Below, piece after piece: positions 36,441 through 50,519 of a stretch of 64,000 nt of DNA. Source of the DNA: Negaprion brevirostris (lineage: Eukaryota); assembly GCA_030324005.1 (NCBI GenBank), contig JARDVH010000097.1:43019796-43083795 (forward strand), given 5' to 3'. The notes under the pieces are model-generated. The model was not told where the DNA came from, ran no database searches, and worked only from the letters and a program-made list of their open reading frames with translations. Positions within the stretch are counted from its first letter, which is position 1. Every line of letters begins with the position of its first letter. The position numbers and the translations under genes were made by a program.

Positions 36441-39000
36441 CATTTTTTAAAAATTTAGAATGCTTGAAACTGATCTTTAAAGGCAGTGCACTTTCTACAC
36501 TAGTGGATTGGAAACCAATAAAACACATCTCTAACCATTAAAGGATTTGTTTGCAAATTTAGGATCACCTGAGATCGAGAAGATACGATTTCTAATTTCA
36601 TTTTCTGAACCAGACCAACTGTCAAGTTAGTGTGGATTTAGGTGAAAGACTAAATTTTTTTTTGGTGAGAAGAAATAGGATAGGTAAGAGAAGAAAACAA
36701 AACTGGGTTCAGAAATATGTTTTCATATAACTGAGAGGCATGTTTTTACATACAGCGTTTTGGTGCCTCAAGTTAGGTGGATTTGTATGAACAGAATTCG
36801 TTTTGTTTAAGCTGTCTACTTTGTTATGGTGAACAGCTGTCCTTAACATTGGTGCAGTGGACAAACAAGTACAGATCTAGAAGAATTATGCAAACGCTCA
36901 TTCAATTTATCCCAAATATTTTCCAAGACATATCCACAGCGATGATTTTTGCCAATCTTTGGCGGCCAGCAAAGATGGTAGTGTGTAATAATTACTCAGT
37001 TTATCTGGACAGACCAGCAAAAGTCACATTGAGCTTATTATTAGATTATGAATCATCACTTTTACATGCAGTTTACTGTGTGCATGTTCAGTACTATTTT
37101 CTTTTTTAATCAGCCTAGCAAGAGGACTTGATAGAAAGGGAGCATAACTTGCACAAAACCTATTCCAGAGTGATGTTTCCCTTGGTCTAAGATTTGTTCA
37201 AATACCAAATAGAGAAATTCTATGCTGAAAAGACTTACTTTATACTTGGTTGATACCACTAGTTGGACACCAACAAATCAACTCCAGTATGAATTACAGC
37301 AGGTGTCCTGGCTCATTGTGACACTAACACATACAATGTTATACTGCTAGAAGTTCAACATGGCTTCGTGAACTATTAAATTGTCACTAATCTGACTCAT
37401 CCAATTTGTTTAAAAGCATAAAAACATACCCTGGAAGATGTACCCTCGAGGGCACTCTCATTAAGCTCCCACGTTTTGAAGGGCACATTTATAATTTAAA
37501 CAGTCCTACATGATAGACCTTTAGACTGACTCAAAAACTAAAGGCACTGCAAGCTTTTTGTTTAAAAAAATGCACTCAGCAGCTGTATGTGTCATAGGAA
37601 AAGCTTTCAACTTTTTACAGTCAGACAGGAAAATCAACAGTTAAACAGTATTTCCAGCCTGGATGTAAACAGTACTATTATCAGCCTTTTTCAGCCAACA
37701 TTCTCCAATAAACTGGGAGGATAAGGCTCAGTGGTGGTTTAGCTAATCAGAAGCCAAGCCAATTTTTGAAGTAAAGGAAACAAGCTTTCAGGACACCAGC
37801 AGGGTTCTCCTTTAGCACATCCGGCCAAATGTGCTGTTTGTTGGGTTATCTCCACTGAAGCTGAAGCAAATTTTCCAAAAGCCCGCAATCCTTCTCATTG
37901 AAAACCAATACAGCACTGGGCCTATCCCTCATAGTCCTCCTTTTATTCTCCTGTTTTGTCCCTCCCGTTAAATTTTCCTTACTTAGCACAGCACATTGGC
38001 AACCTGTTCCCAGGCCACTGCCTTGGAAGATTCATCAGCTTCCAGTTGAGTGAGTGCAGCTTTGTTACTCCACTCGGAAACATTTCCCCCCAGCTCCCTG
38101 CACGAGAGTAAAGCATTGTGCCTGTGACGTTCAACTTTTTCTTTATTCTGGNNNNNNNNNNTTCTGGAAGTTAATTTATGAACGTCCTCAACTTAAAATA
38201 CATACATTAAAAGATGACTAGATTCAGAGGCAGTGCATCAAACAGAACAAAGGCCCTACAAAAGGGGTTAAAACAGTAAGTCAATCCAGAAAATATTTGA
38301 CAGCATGCCATCCCTTCAGCACCTAGCTTCATTATCTTTGAATTGTAAGATATGCCTGCTTAACAAGTCCTGTGGTAGCACAAGAAAGATTTGAAGCTCA
38401 CCATGTAGGAAATTGCAGGCCACAATACCTTGCATGATATTCGGGATAAATATATCATGCCTTTAGAATTAAAGTTGCAATGTATTACATCATTCGCTTG
38501 TGCATCCAGAACAGTGAAAAGGGGCAATTGTGGGAACTGCAGTGAAGTTTCAGAAAACTAATCTTTATATTTAAATTGTTTTTACCCCTTTGCTCCAAAC
38601 AAAACATGAACTAGGAGACCTTCCCTTTCAAAGCTTACATCAATTATGTTTCAAACAAATTTCTAGAAGTGAGCAGTTTACAACAAGATGGCTTATCTTT
38701 TCCAGCTTAATGGTAGGCAAAATATATCTTAGTATAGCTATGTGAGATCCTAAAATGAAACAGAATCTTATCCCCTGGACAAAAATATCTCAGTACAATC
38801 CATGGTTACATTTAAAAGGGCTTCAGCATTACAATTCTGCACACAACTGGTGCTAACTAATAATGTACCACTGCTGAATGCTTGTTCCATGTCACTAGAA
38901 GCTTGTTGCAAATTGGGGATATAAGCACTATACAATGAGGTCTGACAAGAAATAATCCAGTTTTACAGAAAATTAAACATTAAGCAATTACATCAAATTT

Positions 39001-39095
39001 CCAGTTCCGAAGAAGTCTTACTGGATTCGAAACGTGAACTCTCTTTCTCTCTTCACAAATGCTGCCAGAACTGCTGGATTTTTCCAGCATTATTT
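39001..39095 (+). mobile_element. Single-arm Penelope-like fragment with a degenerate hammerhead motif
   Basis: gttccgaagaagtcttactggattcgaaacgtgaac...atgctgccagaactgctggatttttccagcatt. Confidence 0.65.
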
Positions 39096-40519
39096 TAACT
39101 TAACATAATTACTATTGGACTCACTGCATTCAACATAAACTTATCTTTGTACAGCAATGCAAAGAATATTTGGCTTAGATGTGACTTCCAACTGCCATTC
39201 GGGACTTCTAATCTCTTCTAGGCAAAAGCAGTCAGAACCTTTTCTTTAAAAATGTGAATGACTGCCTACATCTGTGTTTGACAGTCTTTCGGCGAGTGAC
39301 TTCCAAACTTTTTTGCTTAAAGGTCCCTCATATGGATTAGCAATTATAGACATTATCTAAATAAGTAACACTACATAATCGTTGCAATTTGACAACGTTG
39401 CATAAAAAGAGCATTAAAATTTTTTTGAAGAAAACAGGTATTTACAGGTATGAGTGATGTATGCACATCTTGTTTCTCACTAAAGAGTTATCTATTCTTG
39501 GCAGGAGCACAGAGAGCACATTAAAAGGATCATAGAAGGGCAGGAGGAGGTGGACAGTAGCGCCCACTTCCAGATGCTGCTCACGTACTCGCCCTTTACC
39601 AGGGTGTACTGTGAGATTGCTCATTTGCAAGGCCTCTGTGGACACTCAGTTTATAGAAAAAGGCAGTGGTTCTTAAACTTTCTAAAACAATGCACGCAAG
39701 GCATTATCCCAATTACTGAGACAAACTAATCGATTGTTTATAAGCTCAGGGAGATGGAATACAAAAATAAACAGTTTATTAAATTGATGTGCTTTGATTT
39801 GCCCAAAGACTTGGCAGACTGCTTTTGTTTTTAAAACCCAATATTTGGAACTTGATTCCCATCCCTTTCTCCTCAAATGCCCTCTGTCGAAAAATGGTCG
39901 AATGCCAAAATGATAAACGGACTAACAGGCAACCTCAGAATACTGGCTTTGTGGTAGCATCCACTGAAACCATGACCTACCTATAATGAGCTTAAGTAAA
40001 AATAGCATCATAAAAACATTTTTACATACTAGGATTACACAAGGTGAGTGCATGGAGTTCCTGAGGACACAAAAACAGTTAATGTAATGGAGCAGAGGAC
40101 ACATATAAATGTATGTACTTCCATAATCATTAGGCTGCAACAGTAGTTGGACCATCTGGAGTCAGTGTTTGTGGGACCTGAATAGGGGGGCTTTGATATT
40201 GTCTGCTAAACTGGAAGAAATTAAGGCCCTTCCAGGTGATGTCAGATTACAGGTTGTTGTAGGGTGACAACCACTTGGGAATCCAGTCCCATGGTTTTGG
40301 ATGATACCAGTGTGATGCAGCACCTAAGTAACAAAGAGCAAGTCAAGGTGGGGCCTTGGGGTATATTTTAGGGCAATCCAGTCATGAAGATGAGGAGCCA
40401 CGTTCAATGATGAGTAGCCAAGCCAGATAGCGAGCAGGTACTTGCAAATCTGTGGGCAGCCAGGGAATCAGCTCTTGCAAAAACAGATCGGAAAGATTCT
40501 AATGGTTAGTCACTGTAAC

Positions 40520-40840
40520 ATAGGCGAGATGACAGCCAGTTGACACACAGCAAATTCTTTCAATCAGCAATGCGATCATGATCAAATAACTTGTTTTTGT
40601 TGATTGAAATATTGGTTGGGACACCATGAAAAATTCCCGTTCTCTTCAAGGAGAGTTCTGGAATCTGTTACATCTTCCTGAGAGTGTATACAGGCTCCCA
40701 TTTAATAACTTATGGAAAAAAATGCACCTCAAGACAGTGTGCAGTGCTCCTTCAGCCTAAATTTTGTACTCAAGTCTGGAATGAAATTTCAACTCAATCT
40801 TCTGACTTGATAGATGAGACTGATACTAACTGAGCCATGG
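40520..40840 (-). mobile_element. Decayed Deu-type SINE
   Basis: Reverse-complement similarity to 36075-36440 (cacacagcaaattc, gacagtgtgcagtgctcc, taactgagcca). Confidence 0.6.
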
Positions 40841-41339
40841 CCAAAAACTGACAATATACATGACCTACATTTCTAAATCATTTCTTTACATTTGTTCAGC
40901 AAAGCAAAATAATCTACTCCAATATTTACATAGGCATTAAAATATCACAAAGCAGAAACAGAACACTTGTTGGCTTTAATTTCTATGTACTTTATTTCAT
41001 CATATACTTGCAGGGGCTCATCAGTTTGTTGTACTTAATTAAATACAGGCCTTCTATGAATAGCAAGCAAGATAACAGGATTGACTATGGGATATAAATG
41101 ACAATCAAGGATATTTTGAAGACATTTTAACGAAGTAAAGACAACCTTTAGAGAGATTTGGAACTGAACAAATCTGAAGTAAATGCTTCCTGATATTATT
41201 GGTAGCATTGGTTTTGTTTTATAAGAGGCATGCAAACATTTTTGAGGCAGGGTGAAAATGTACCATTTGGTTGAAATAAAGATACTTGCACACATATACA
41301 AACAAGGAGCAAGAAAAAGCCCCTCAAACCAGCTCCGCT

Positions 41340-42080
41340 ATTTAATAAGATCTTGGCTGATTTGATGGTAACCACAAATCTGTATCTCACCTACTCCCAA
41401 TAACCTTACCTGATTAGCCTTGCTAATCAGAAATCTACCCAGTACTACCTTAAAAATATTCAAAGACTTTGCTCCCACCACCTTTTCAGGAAGTATGTTT
41501 CCAAAACTCATGACCTCAAAAACAGTTTGCCTTATTTTAAGTTTTAAACAGGCAACTTATTTTTCAGGATCTTAAATGTTTCAATCAAGTCGCCTCCTAC
41601 TCTTCAACCACCACCAGATACTAGCCTAGTTTGTCCAACTTTTCCTCATTAGACAATCCACCCATTCCAGGCAAGTCTTGTAAATTTTCTCTGAATCACT
41701 TCCAACTTCCTTAAATAATCCTGTACTGATATGGTCTCAATGGTGTCTTTGCAACCACATGCCCTCTTCACAAACTTACTTTCCTACCTATCTTGATGTC
41801 GTCAGCAAATTTGGCAACTTGCATCCAAATTATTTATATAAATTGTAAACAGTTGAGTTCTCAGTATTGATCTGTGTCACGCCACTCGTTATATCTTGCC
41901 AACCTGAAAAAGACTCATTTATGTTTACTCTGTTTCCTGCTAGCCAGCCAACCTCTATCCATGCCAATATGTTACCCATATAACATGAGTTTTTATTTCC
42001 TGCAGTCATCTTTGATTTTTATCAAATGCCTCTGGAAATCGAACACACCACCAGTTCCCATTTATCCGCAGCACACTTCC
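41340..42080 (-). mobile_element. CR1 LINE 3' and RT fragments
   Basis: gtcgtcagcaaatttggcaac (antisense KFADD) and an antisense CR1 tail near 41330-41400. Confidence 0.75.
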
Positions 42081-43739
42081 TCAAATAATAGAGTGTATAA
42101 TAGAGAAAGAAAATCACTAGAAACCAGAAACACCTACTGAAATTCAGCCAATCCTGGTTGTTTTGGATCTCTGAAAGAGCGATCTGATTTGCCCCACTCC
42201 CTTGCCCTTCTCCAAAGGCCTAAAAACGTTCCTGTATTTTAAATGCTCAGAAGAGGAGAAATCAGTTTATAATTTGTGAAGTTATNNNNNNNNNNGATTA
42301 AGATTATTGGGAAAAAAACAACCCTTTGCATGATACCTGGCCGTCACGCAAGTTAAATATTTCCTTATACTGTTATTAATTAATCCATTCACTTCTGACA
42401 TAGAAGCTGTTCTAATATTTTCAAGGACATCAGTCATTCAACAATCAAGTCACCAGCATTCAGATTTAGAGATCTGAGATATGAAGTTTCAATCAGCACT
42501 TGAAGTAGACAGAAACATGGATATTTTGGTTTTTGAACAAGTCTGCACAGAATTTTTTAAATCCCTAGACTTTAATATTGCTATGCTCTCCCAAAATAAA
42601 CATAGAAAGACAAGACACAACAGCAAGTCGTAAGGCCTTAAAATGAAGTCACAGCAGTAAATATTAACATGCATATCTGTATTTAAAAAGTTAAAAAGCC
42701 CTTGTAAAATTAATTTTAAACTGCATAGACTACAACAAAGCTTCTTCTGCACTTTGGCAAGAAAACAGCTATAGCTGTAAAACAAATTTACTTTATCAAA
42801 CCACAGCTTTTCTATACTCAACTAGTTCCTAGCAAACTTTATTTAAATAAAGAAAAACTTATGCTCAACATAATTACAAATGGACTTTAAGTTCAGGGTT
42901 GTAATTATTGTTTCCATGAACATTGCTGTAAAAAGTCAGGAAATGAAAAGGATGTACAATTCACATCAAAAATGNNNNNNNNNNNNNNNNNNNNNNNNNN
43001 NNNNNNNNNNNNNNNNNNNNNNNNNNNNNNNNNNNNNNNNNNNNNNNNNNNNNNNNNNNNNNNNNNNNNNNNNNGGTTCTAATTATTGTTTCCATGACCC
43101 TTGCTGTACAAAGTCAGGAAATGAAAAGGCTGGACAATTCACATCAACAATGGAAATTACGAAAATTCTGGAGGTAAAGGCGGGATAACATCAATCCTCT
43201 GAGATCACGTTTCCTCTGCAGCTTGTGACAGCTCATATTTTCCATCAGACTTTACCATTAGTAAAATTTGACATTTTTGTTACAGAATTTGCAAGAGGAT
43301 CAAGAGAAATTGCTGTTTTTTTTATTGCACAGTGATTCAAGAGTACACACATTTAAGGAAAGTTTTAACATTTGGCACTCCCAAGTTCCATTTTAAGCTA
43401 AAAATAACAATCGTTCAGTGATGAGGACATTGAATGTTCTTTGTACTTCACAATGGCCAGGACTTAATTTCCATTACTTAATCTCTCCACAGAGCTGATG
43501 CATCCTATTTAGTGATAGTCAACAAAATGGTAACTGAGATATGGAATGGAATAGAAAAACAATCTATCCTGTTCCTCAAGAGTATATGGAGGAATTAATT
43601 TTCACAGAATTTATGTTACATACTAAAATATCTGTGAAACGTGTCCTAGTTTCGTATGCTAGATCAGCTATATTACACTGGTGTAGCCTAGATATAAAAT
43701 GGCAGTAGTCATAAAAACAAATAGGCCTCAAACATCCTG

Positions 43740-44790
43740 ATCATGCTAACTATTGGTCCATCACCAATCAACTTTACCTTTCCTATATTTTTCGATGTAT
43801 TATCACATAAACCCCTCCTTCTAAATCCACATCCATGTTTCTTGCAACCCAATTTGCAATTTTTCTAAACAAGTTATTGTCTTCTTACAGCAGTGAAGCA
43901 GCCTTAATCGCAGTCACAAACACCATCCTCTGGTGCCCAGTCCCTGTAATTTTGTCACTGCCGACTATGATTTCAACATTTTTCCTCCATTGTCCAACTC
44001 AGTGGAACAGTCCTCACGTGATGCCAACTATTGATTATTCCATTGTAACCAGAGCATCTCATGTTTCTTCCTGGCCTTGTGGAGAATTGAAAGGTAGACC
44101 ATCTACCATATGCATGCTGAACAGAGTCACCTCCATCTCACCACTTCTCTGAAATCCTTCAGTTTGGAATTCAGGTTTGCTGGTTCGACAGCTAGCAATT
44201 GAGCTGCAATTCTATCCCTATAGAAAATGGGGAAAATTACATCCTTTGGGTACACCATAAATATAGCCTCTGCCACTAATTCAAATCTCTCCACCTGACC
44301 ACCATCTTAGGTTGAACCAGCCTGCTTACATCAGGATCCTTTCAACCAATACCTTACCAATTTGGAAAATCAGCTGTTTCCACCTCCATAACTGCCTTGA
44401 CTTCAGGCTTTTTGCTGTTAAGCTCCTTTTGTCACCCCCAAACCATTACAATGCTGTCCTGGATAGCTGTCTAACTTCAACACCAGCCTATGATGCACCA
44501 AGCCTCTCTCATCCAACACCCCTGTTGTTGTTGACCTATCAACTTCAATGTTTCCAATTTAAAACTCCTACCCTCACTTCTAAATCCATTAATGATCTTG
44601 CTTCTTGACATCTCTCAAACCTTCATACTCACAATATTCCTCTCCTTCAACTCTGGGCTCTTATGCATTTGCTCCAAGTTTATTCTACTACGGGTGGCGG
44701 TGCCTTTATCCTTTGGCTCGTGAATTCCCTCTGCCTCCTCTTATTCTGGAAGATTCTCTTCTCTTTAAAACATACCTCTTCAACATATTT
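43740..44790 (+). mobile_element. Decayed L2 LINE
   Basis: CT-rich degenerate L2 ORF2 and 3' sequence (cagctgtttccacctccataac, ccaatttaaaactcct). Confidence 0.5.
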
Positions 44791-45189
44791 CAACATTCTT
44801 TGACTTAGATTAAGGGGTGATTCATGGTGGGCTGTAATTCCATGGTCTAGAATTTAGCAGGGTCTCACTGAAGTGAATGTATTTCATATGACAGCTTGGA
44901 TAGCGAGTAATAGAATTTAAAAAAAACAGGAATTAAAGGTCAACAACACAACATATATCCACATAACCATTGACATGCTAGTTATCTTGGAGTAAATTAA
45001 TACAATTTTATGTTAAAAAATAAATGAGTGCAAGGACAATCTTCAAATACTACTTGGATTAAACGTATAAACACTTGGAAAAGTACAATTTTTCCAAAGA
45101 TGGATGGGGTGGGGGTGTCTTGTTTAAACAAACATGTCACAGTTGCTTTTTTGAAGGCATTAGAAAGGAGTGAATGAGCAAACTTCACA

Positions 45190-46260
45190 TTACAGATCCT
45201 AATTTTAGGAAGTTTTTGGTAAGGTGTCATGTCTGTATTTAATAACTAAGATAGGATACACAACATGGCATTAGGCAGAAAACAAAATAGCTTGAGACAA
45301 ATGGAAGCAGGGATGTTGAAGACTTCCAATAACAAAATAGGAGACAGTGCAGAAGGAATTAAGGTCCAAGAAACTGGGCAAATAAATACCAGCTGAAATT
45401 TAGCATGGAAACGAAAAGCCAAAAGATAAAATGCAACATGTTGACCAAGAGGTGCAGGAGCTTCACAGGATAAATGTTACACTTGGTAACGATAAGGCAA
45501 GTACAGGCACTGGGGTTTCGTGAGTACAGACCAAGAAAATGAACAAAAAAGGTTGCATTAGCATGGGTGGGGGTCAACAACATTTCTCATGATCTTACTG
45601 TTGCTGTTTGAGGCCAGATTCCATTTTATGCTGCACATGCTATCTTGGATACTAATCATACAAAACTGGCATTGCCCAAGGTATTGATTGAACCGATTAA
45701 ATAAAAATTACACGTTGGAGGAATGCAAGTTAGGAAAATAGGTTAAGAACATGGTGCTTGTTTTCTTTGGGAAGCAATTTCAAAGTGGTCTCATTCAAGC
45801 TTTTAAGATTATGAAAGGAAATGACAAATTGATCCAGGTAAACTAGGCACTAGAGAGCATTATTCCAGTCTGAAAAGTGCACAGTTGAACGTTAGGACAT
45901 CAACATTTGCAATATGCTGAAGTCAGTTACTTCAACATACACAAGGAACTACATACAGCCAAAACATTCCTAAATCAGACTGGCTCAGTTATTTACTGCT
46001 GAGGTTCTTCATATCAATATATTTATCACAAATTAAAATTGGCTAGTAGAAACACGGCGCCATCAAGGAGGAAAGTCAAACAGAACTTTTTCACTATAAG
46101 AGCACTGGAATTGTAGATTTTAATAGACAAGGCTATGGAAAAATACATTATTAACAGATTAAAAAGATAATTGAATGAGTTTCTAGAAAAAGTCAAGATA
46201 ATGAAGCTTAAGACCTTTCAAAAATTATTGGTTTTTCTGCCCTCCCCGTCAATTCCCAAA
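45190..46260 (+). mobile_element. Very old CR1 LINE fragments
   Basis: Degenerate CR1 3'-half motifs (aaactgggcaaataaataccagctgaaatttagc, gcttttaagattatgaaagg). Confidence 0.5.
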
Positions 46261-46339
46261 TTTTCTATTGCAAGCCTAATTAAAAGGTTTTGAAAATCAT
46301 CAAAAGATATGCCATTTAAGGATAAGAATGTTTTGTGAC

Positions 46340-47290
46340 TGTAAGCCTGTATCCAGTGGCGTGCCGCAGGAATTAATGCTGGATCCTTTGCTATTTGTAG
46401 TGTACATTAATGAGCTAGATGTTAAAGTAGGAGGCATGATCATTAAGTTCACAGATAATCAACAAAATTGGTGGTGTGGTAAACAATGACGAAGAAAGCT
46501 TTAGATTACAGGAGGATAGAGATGGGCTGGTTAGATGAGCAGAACAGTGGCAAATGGAATTTAACCCTGAAAAGTGAGTGATGATGCATTTTGGGAGGAT
46601 TAACAAGCAAAAGAACACACAATGAACTCTAGATTGCTAAGTAGTACAGAGGACTAGGGGGACCTTGGGCTAAATGGTCATTGATGACTGCAGGTAGCAG
46701 AGCCAATAGATAGATGGTTAAGAAGGCATACGGGATACTTGCCTTTACTAGTCAAGGCATAGAATATATGAGCAGGGAGGTTACGATGAAGCAATGTAAA
46801 ACAATCAGGGCACAGCTAGAATACTGCATGCAGTTCTGTTTGCCACAATATAGGAAGGATGCAACTGTGCTAGAAAAGGTGCAGAGGAGATTTACTAGAA
46901 TCTTGCTTGGGATGGAGCATTTCAGCTGTGAAGAGGGGTTGATTAAAGTTTTCCTTGGAACAGAGAAGGCCAAGGGATCCTAAGCGAGGTATACAAAATT
47001 ATGAGAGACATAGATAGGAGGTAACTTTTCCCCTTAACAGAAGCGTCAAAAACCAAGGGGCTTAATTAAGGTAAGGAGCAAGAAATTAAGGGGATTTAAT
47101 GAAAGACTTCTTCACCCAGAGGGTGGTGGGAATCAGGAACTCACTGTCTGAAAGTGTGGTAGAAAGAAGCTTTTAGATGAACAGTTGAAACACCATAACA
47201 TACAAGGCTACAGACCAAATGCTGGAAAGTGGTTTTAGAATACTTGTTCGATGGCCAGCACAGACACATGTGCTGTAAAACTCTATGACT
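46340..47290 (+). mobile_element. CR1 LINE 3' half (RT to tail)
   Basis: Encodes SGVPQ-L-LDPLLFVVYINEL and IKFTD. ORF 46714-46983 reads VKKAYGILAF...LEYCMQF...LEKVQRRFTR. Tail ctctatgactc. Confidence 0.9.
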
Positions 47291-47399
47291 CCTTCCAAGC
47301 CAATCTTCTGCAAGTGTTAGTGGCTCTCAAAATAACACAAAAATGTTGGAACCCTGTGTAAGGAAACCCAGTAATCTGCAAAAGATGTTTCATTTTTAC

Positions 47400-47935
47400 A
47401 GGACATTGGCAAGACTGCATCTCAAATATTGCGTGCAACTTTGGTCTCCCTAATTAAAGAACTAAATGCACTGGAGGCAGTTCAGAGGCGGCTTACTAGA
47501 TTGATGCCTAGAATGGGTGGGTTCTCTTATGACGATAGACTGGAAAGGGTGGGCTTGTTTTCCACTAGCGTTTAGAAGATGAGAGCTGACTTGATCCTGA
47601 ACACTATTGACAAGGTATACATTGAAAGGGTGTCTCCTGATTCCAGGACTAGGGGCACTGTTTTAAAATTAGGAGTCACCCTTATAAAACAGAGATGAGG
47701 AGAATTCTTTGCTTTCAGAGCACTGTGCGACTTTGGAATGCAGCCACAGAAGCGGGATCACAGAATCTTTTTAAGGCGAAGAAAGATAGATCCTCTTGCC
47801 TCAAGAATCTAAGGTTGTTGGGGATAGATGGAGAATGTGGAACGCAATACAAACAGCTCAGCCATGATCTTATTGAATGGTATCAGAGGCTCAAGGAGCT
47901 GAATGGCATATTTCTCTTATTTTGGAATGTTTGTT
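47400..47935 (+). mobile_element. CR1 LINE 3' end
   Basis: Encodes LEAVQRRLTRLMP; tail gccatgatcttattgaatgg...aaggagctgaatggc. Confidence 0.8.
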
Positions 47936-47989
47936 TGATAATTGATCAAAAAGAAAATTGCTCCAATCTAGATAAGGGGGAAGAAGGGT

Positions 47990-49560
47990 AAAAAGAATAC
48001 AACAGACAATGCCAAAACCAGGAGCAAGGCAAATAATGCAGCCAATTCAGAGGATTTAGATCTTAAGTAACTGGACCAAATAGATGCTAGTGGAAATTCA
48101 GTCTAAATGAAAAGTAATGCACTTGGGAGCAAGTATTGTTCTAGCGGGGAGGACCTTCATACTATCCACCATTGCCCAGAAGCTCTGTAACATGATGCAA
48201 ATAAGTTACAAAAATACCTCCCATAAAACATCGCATAAAAGGAATATAAAATCAACTTCAAGTTAATGGAAATAAGGATTAACCTCAGAATTGGATAAGA
48301 AACTGGCTGCTGAAATGAGCACACATTAAAAGGACTTATGCCAGACTTGGTTGGGCAGAGTGAGGGGTGTAGGTCGAAGTCAATCATGAATTGGAAGACT
48401 TAATGCTTGGTGCTGGCACATTAACCTTTCCAATCTACGTCAAGTGACGTGGATTCAGAAACTGTGTAAAATATTCAACCTGCACGTTACTAAATTAGAA
48501 AGACCAGTGTAATTAGAAGATGCAAATTAGATTTACAGAATGAACAGGAAAAGATTTGCAAGCAGGAAGAAAAACTTTTAATGCAGAAATATCCAAGGCA
48601 CTACACATGGGAGGGGAAAAATGGGTGACACACGTACCCCACAAGTGGTGTTGAAATATGCAATGAACCTGAAAGACCCAAGGGTCTTAGTGGTCTCAAT
48701 ACTAAAACAAATCCCATCAATGTAGAGAAGAAATTACAGCCATAAATAATGTTGAATGACAAAACCAAAACAGTAGAATATACAGGCAGAAGAGTCAATG
48801 ATCAAACTATGGTATACAGTAAAATGGTCAGCCCACTAGAACCTCTACAGTGCAAGAGACGGCCATTAGGCCCATCAAGTCTGCATTGACAATAATCCCA
48901 CCCAGGTCCTATCCCTGCAACTCCACGTATTTACCCTGCTAATCAATCCCTCTAACCTACATATCTCAGAACACTAAGGCACAAATTAGCAAGGCCAATC
49001 TACCTAACCCACACGATTTTGGACTTCTGAGAGAAAATCCACACAGACACAGGGAGAATATGCAAACTCCACACAGCGACCCAAGCCAGGAATCAAACCC
49101 AGGCCCCTAAGGCAGCAGTGCTAACCACTGTGCCACCATGCCATCCTTAAAAGAACTCATTGGGCATTTTGTCATAGTCACCAAGAAAAAAAGATTCCAA
49201 CAAGAAGGGAATGCAGAAAGAAATCTAACTGTCTATAATGCCAAGGGTCTAAGTTAAGAAGACTAGAGAAACTTGATATTTTTGGTCTAGGAAGAAGTAA
49301 TAACGATGATAAAAATGTAATCCCAGAATATTACTTTACAAACAAAAAAAATAGGAATAAGGGGAGACCATCATATGGCTCCTCAAAGCCATTCAATGTG
49401 ATCATGGCTAACCTACCATACTCTTTTCCATACTCTTGCCCCCCATTTCCCTCAATTCTCTTGACATCAAATGAAATAACAGGAACACAATAAATGAAAT
49501 TCAAGTTTAAATGTGTAGAAACTAATTTTAGGATGTATATCTCAATCTTTTAGAGCCATC
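47990..49560 (+). mobile_element. Old CR1 fragments split by a SINE
   Basis: Degenerate CR1 RT 3' motifs continue across the SINE at 48837-49146. Confidence 0.5.
48837..49146 (-). mobile_element. HE1-like SINE
   Basis: Antisense head ggcagcagtgctaaccactgtgccacc and tail tagaacctctacagtgca. Confidence 0.85.
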
Positions 49561-50519
49561 AACATAAACCTTCTGGCAAAACCAAATAATTTCAAAGCCC
49601 ATTGGATTAAACAACAAGCAGAAGTTAATGTCCACCACGCAGGAACATTTGTCTAAAGATTAGCCTTCACCAAGATGGTTTTTCATGCAGAAGATGCCTC
49701 AAGTTGTGGTTTCATAGCAGATCAAACACTACCAATTAACCTGTAAATTTCACATCCCCAGAACTAACGTCTCTCATCCGGCTATATTCTTATTGATAAA
49801 ACTTCTGAATGAAGGTTCCAATGCAAAAGAAGACGACATGAGCAAAGCTTCTAAGCATACCTTTCATTCCTAACTTACTCATTAATAAACTATCATTTTT
49901 GACGTCGCTGTCCCTTTCGTCGACTGCAGTGGAGCCTTTACTTTTAGTGGGAAAACCCCTAAATTTACCTTGAATAGAACAGATTGTACACACACCAAAA
50001 TACTGAAAATTCAAAGTACATATATAACATGCACTAATATTAATTTTAAATGAGGCGCAAGAGACATGACATGAAGTGAAGTGAAATGCATAAAAAGAGA
50101 AAGTTCAGGAGGGGAAAAGAGCACAGTATGATTTGATTCTAAGACCGCACCATCAGTCAAAGCAAGGCAAGTGCTGGAAGGCATAATTAAGTGAAGAGGC
50201 TTCATTTAGGGGAAATGTATCATCATCCCTCTGCCCGGTTTCTATCAAGGCCATAACAGCAATGCAATCACTACAATAAGCTCATCACTTCCAGCATCTC
50301 GTCCACAAGTGAATGGACATCCTGGAAGGTAATGCAGAGACAGGTAGTAATAACTAATCCACTGGCAGAGGCCACAGAGCCAGCATCGGGAAGACAACAA
50401 AGATATTGGCAAGAGTGGTATACAAAAGGTGCTTTGGACAGGTAGGTTAATGAGTTGGGGGGCATGATGATGTCCTTCATAGAATGTCAAGAAAGGCAGA
50501 GGGAAGTTATAGGTTTATC

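Noticed and set aside
42896-43152. ~78-bp tandem duplicate flanking a 100-N gap
   Set aside because: The copies sit on both edges of the gap and the mismatches are mostly to A in the left copy, which is typical of overlapping low-quality contig ends. Probably an assembly artefact.
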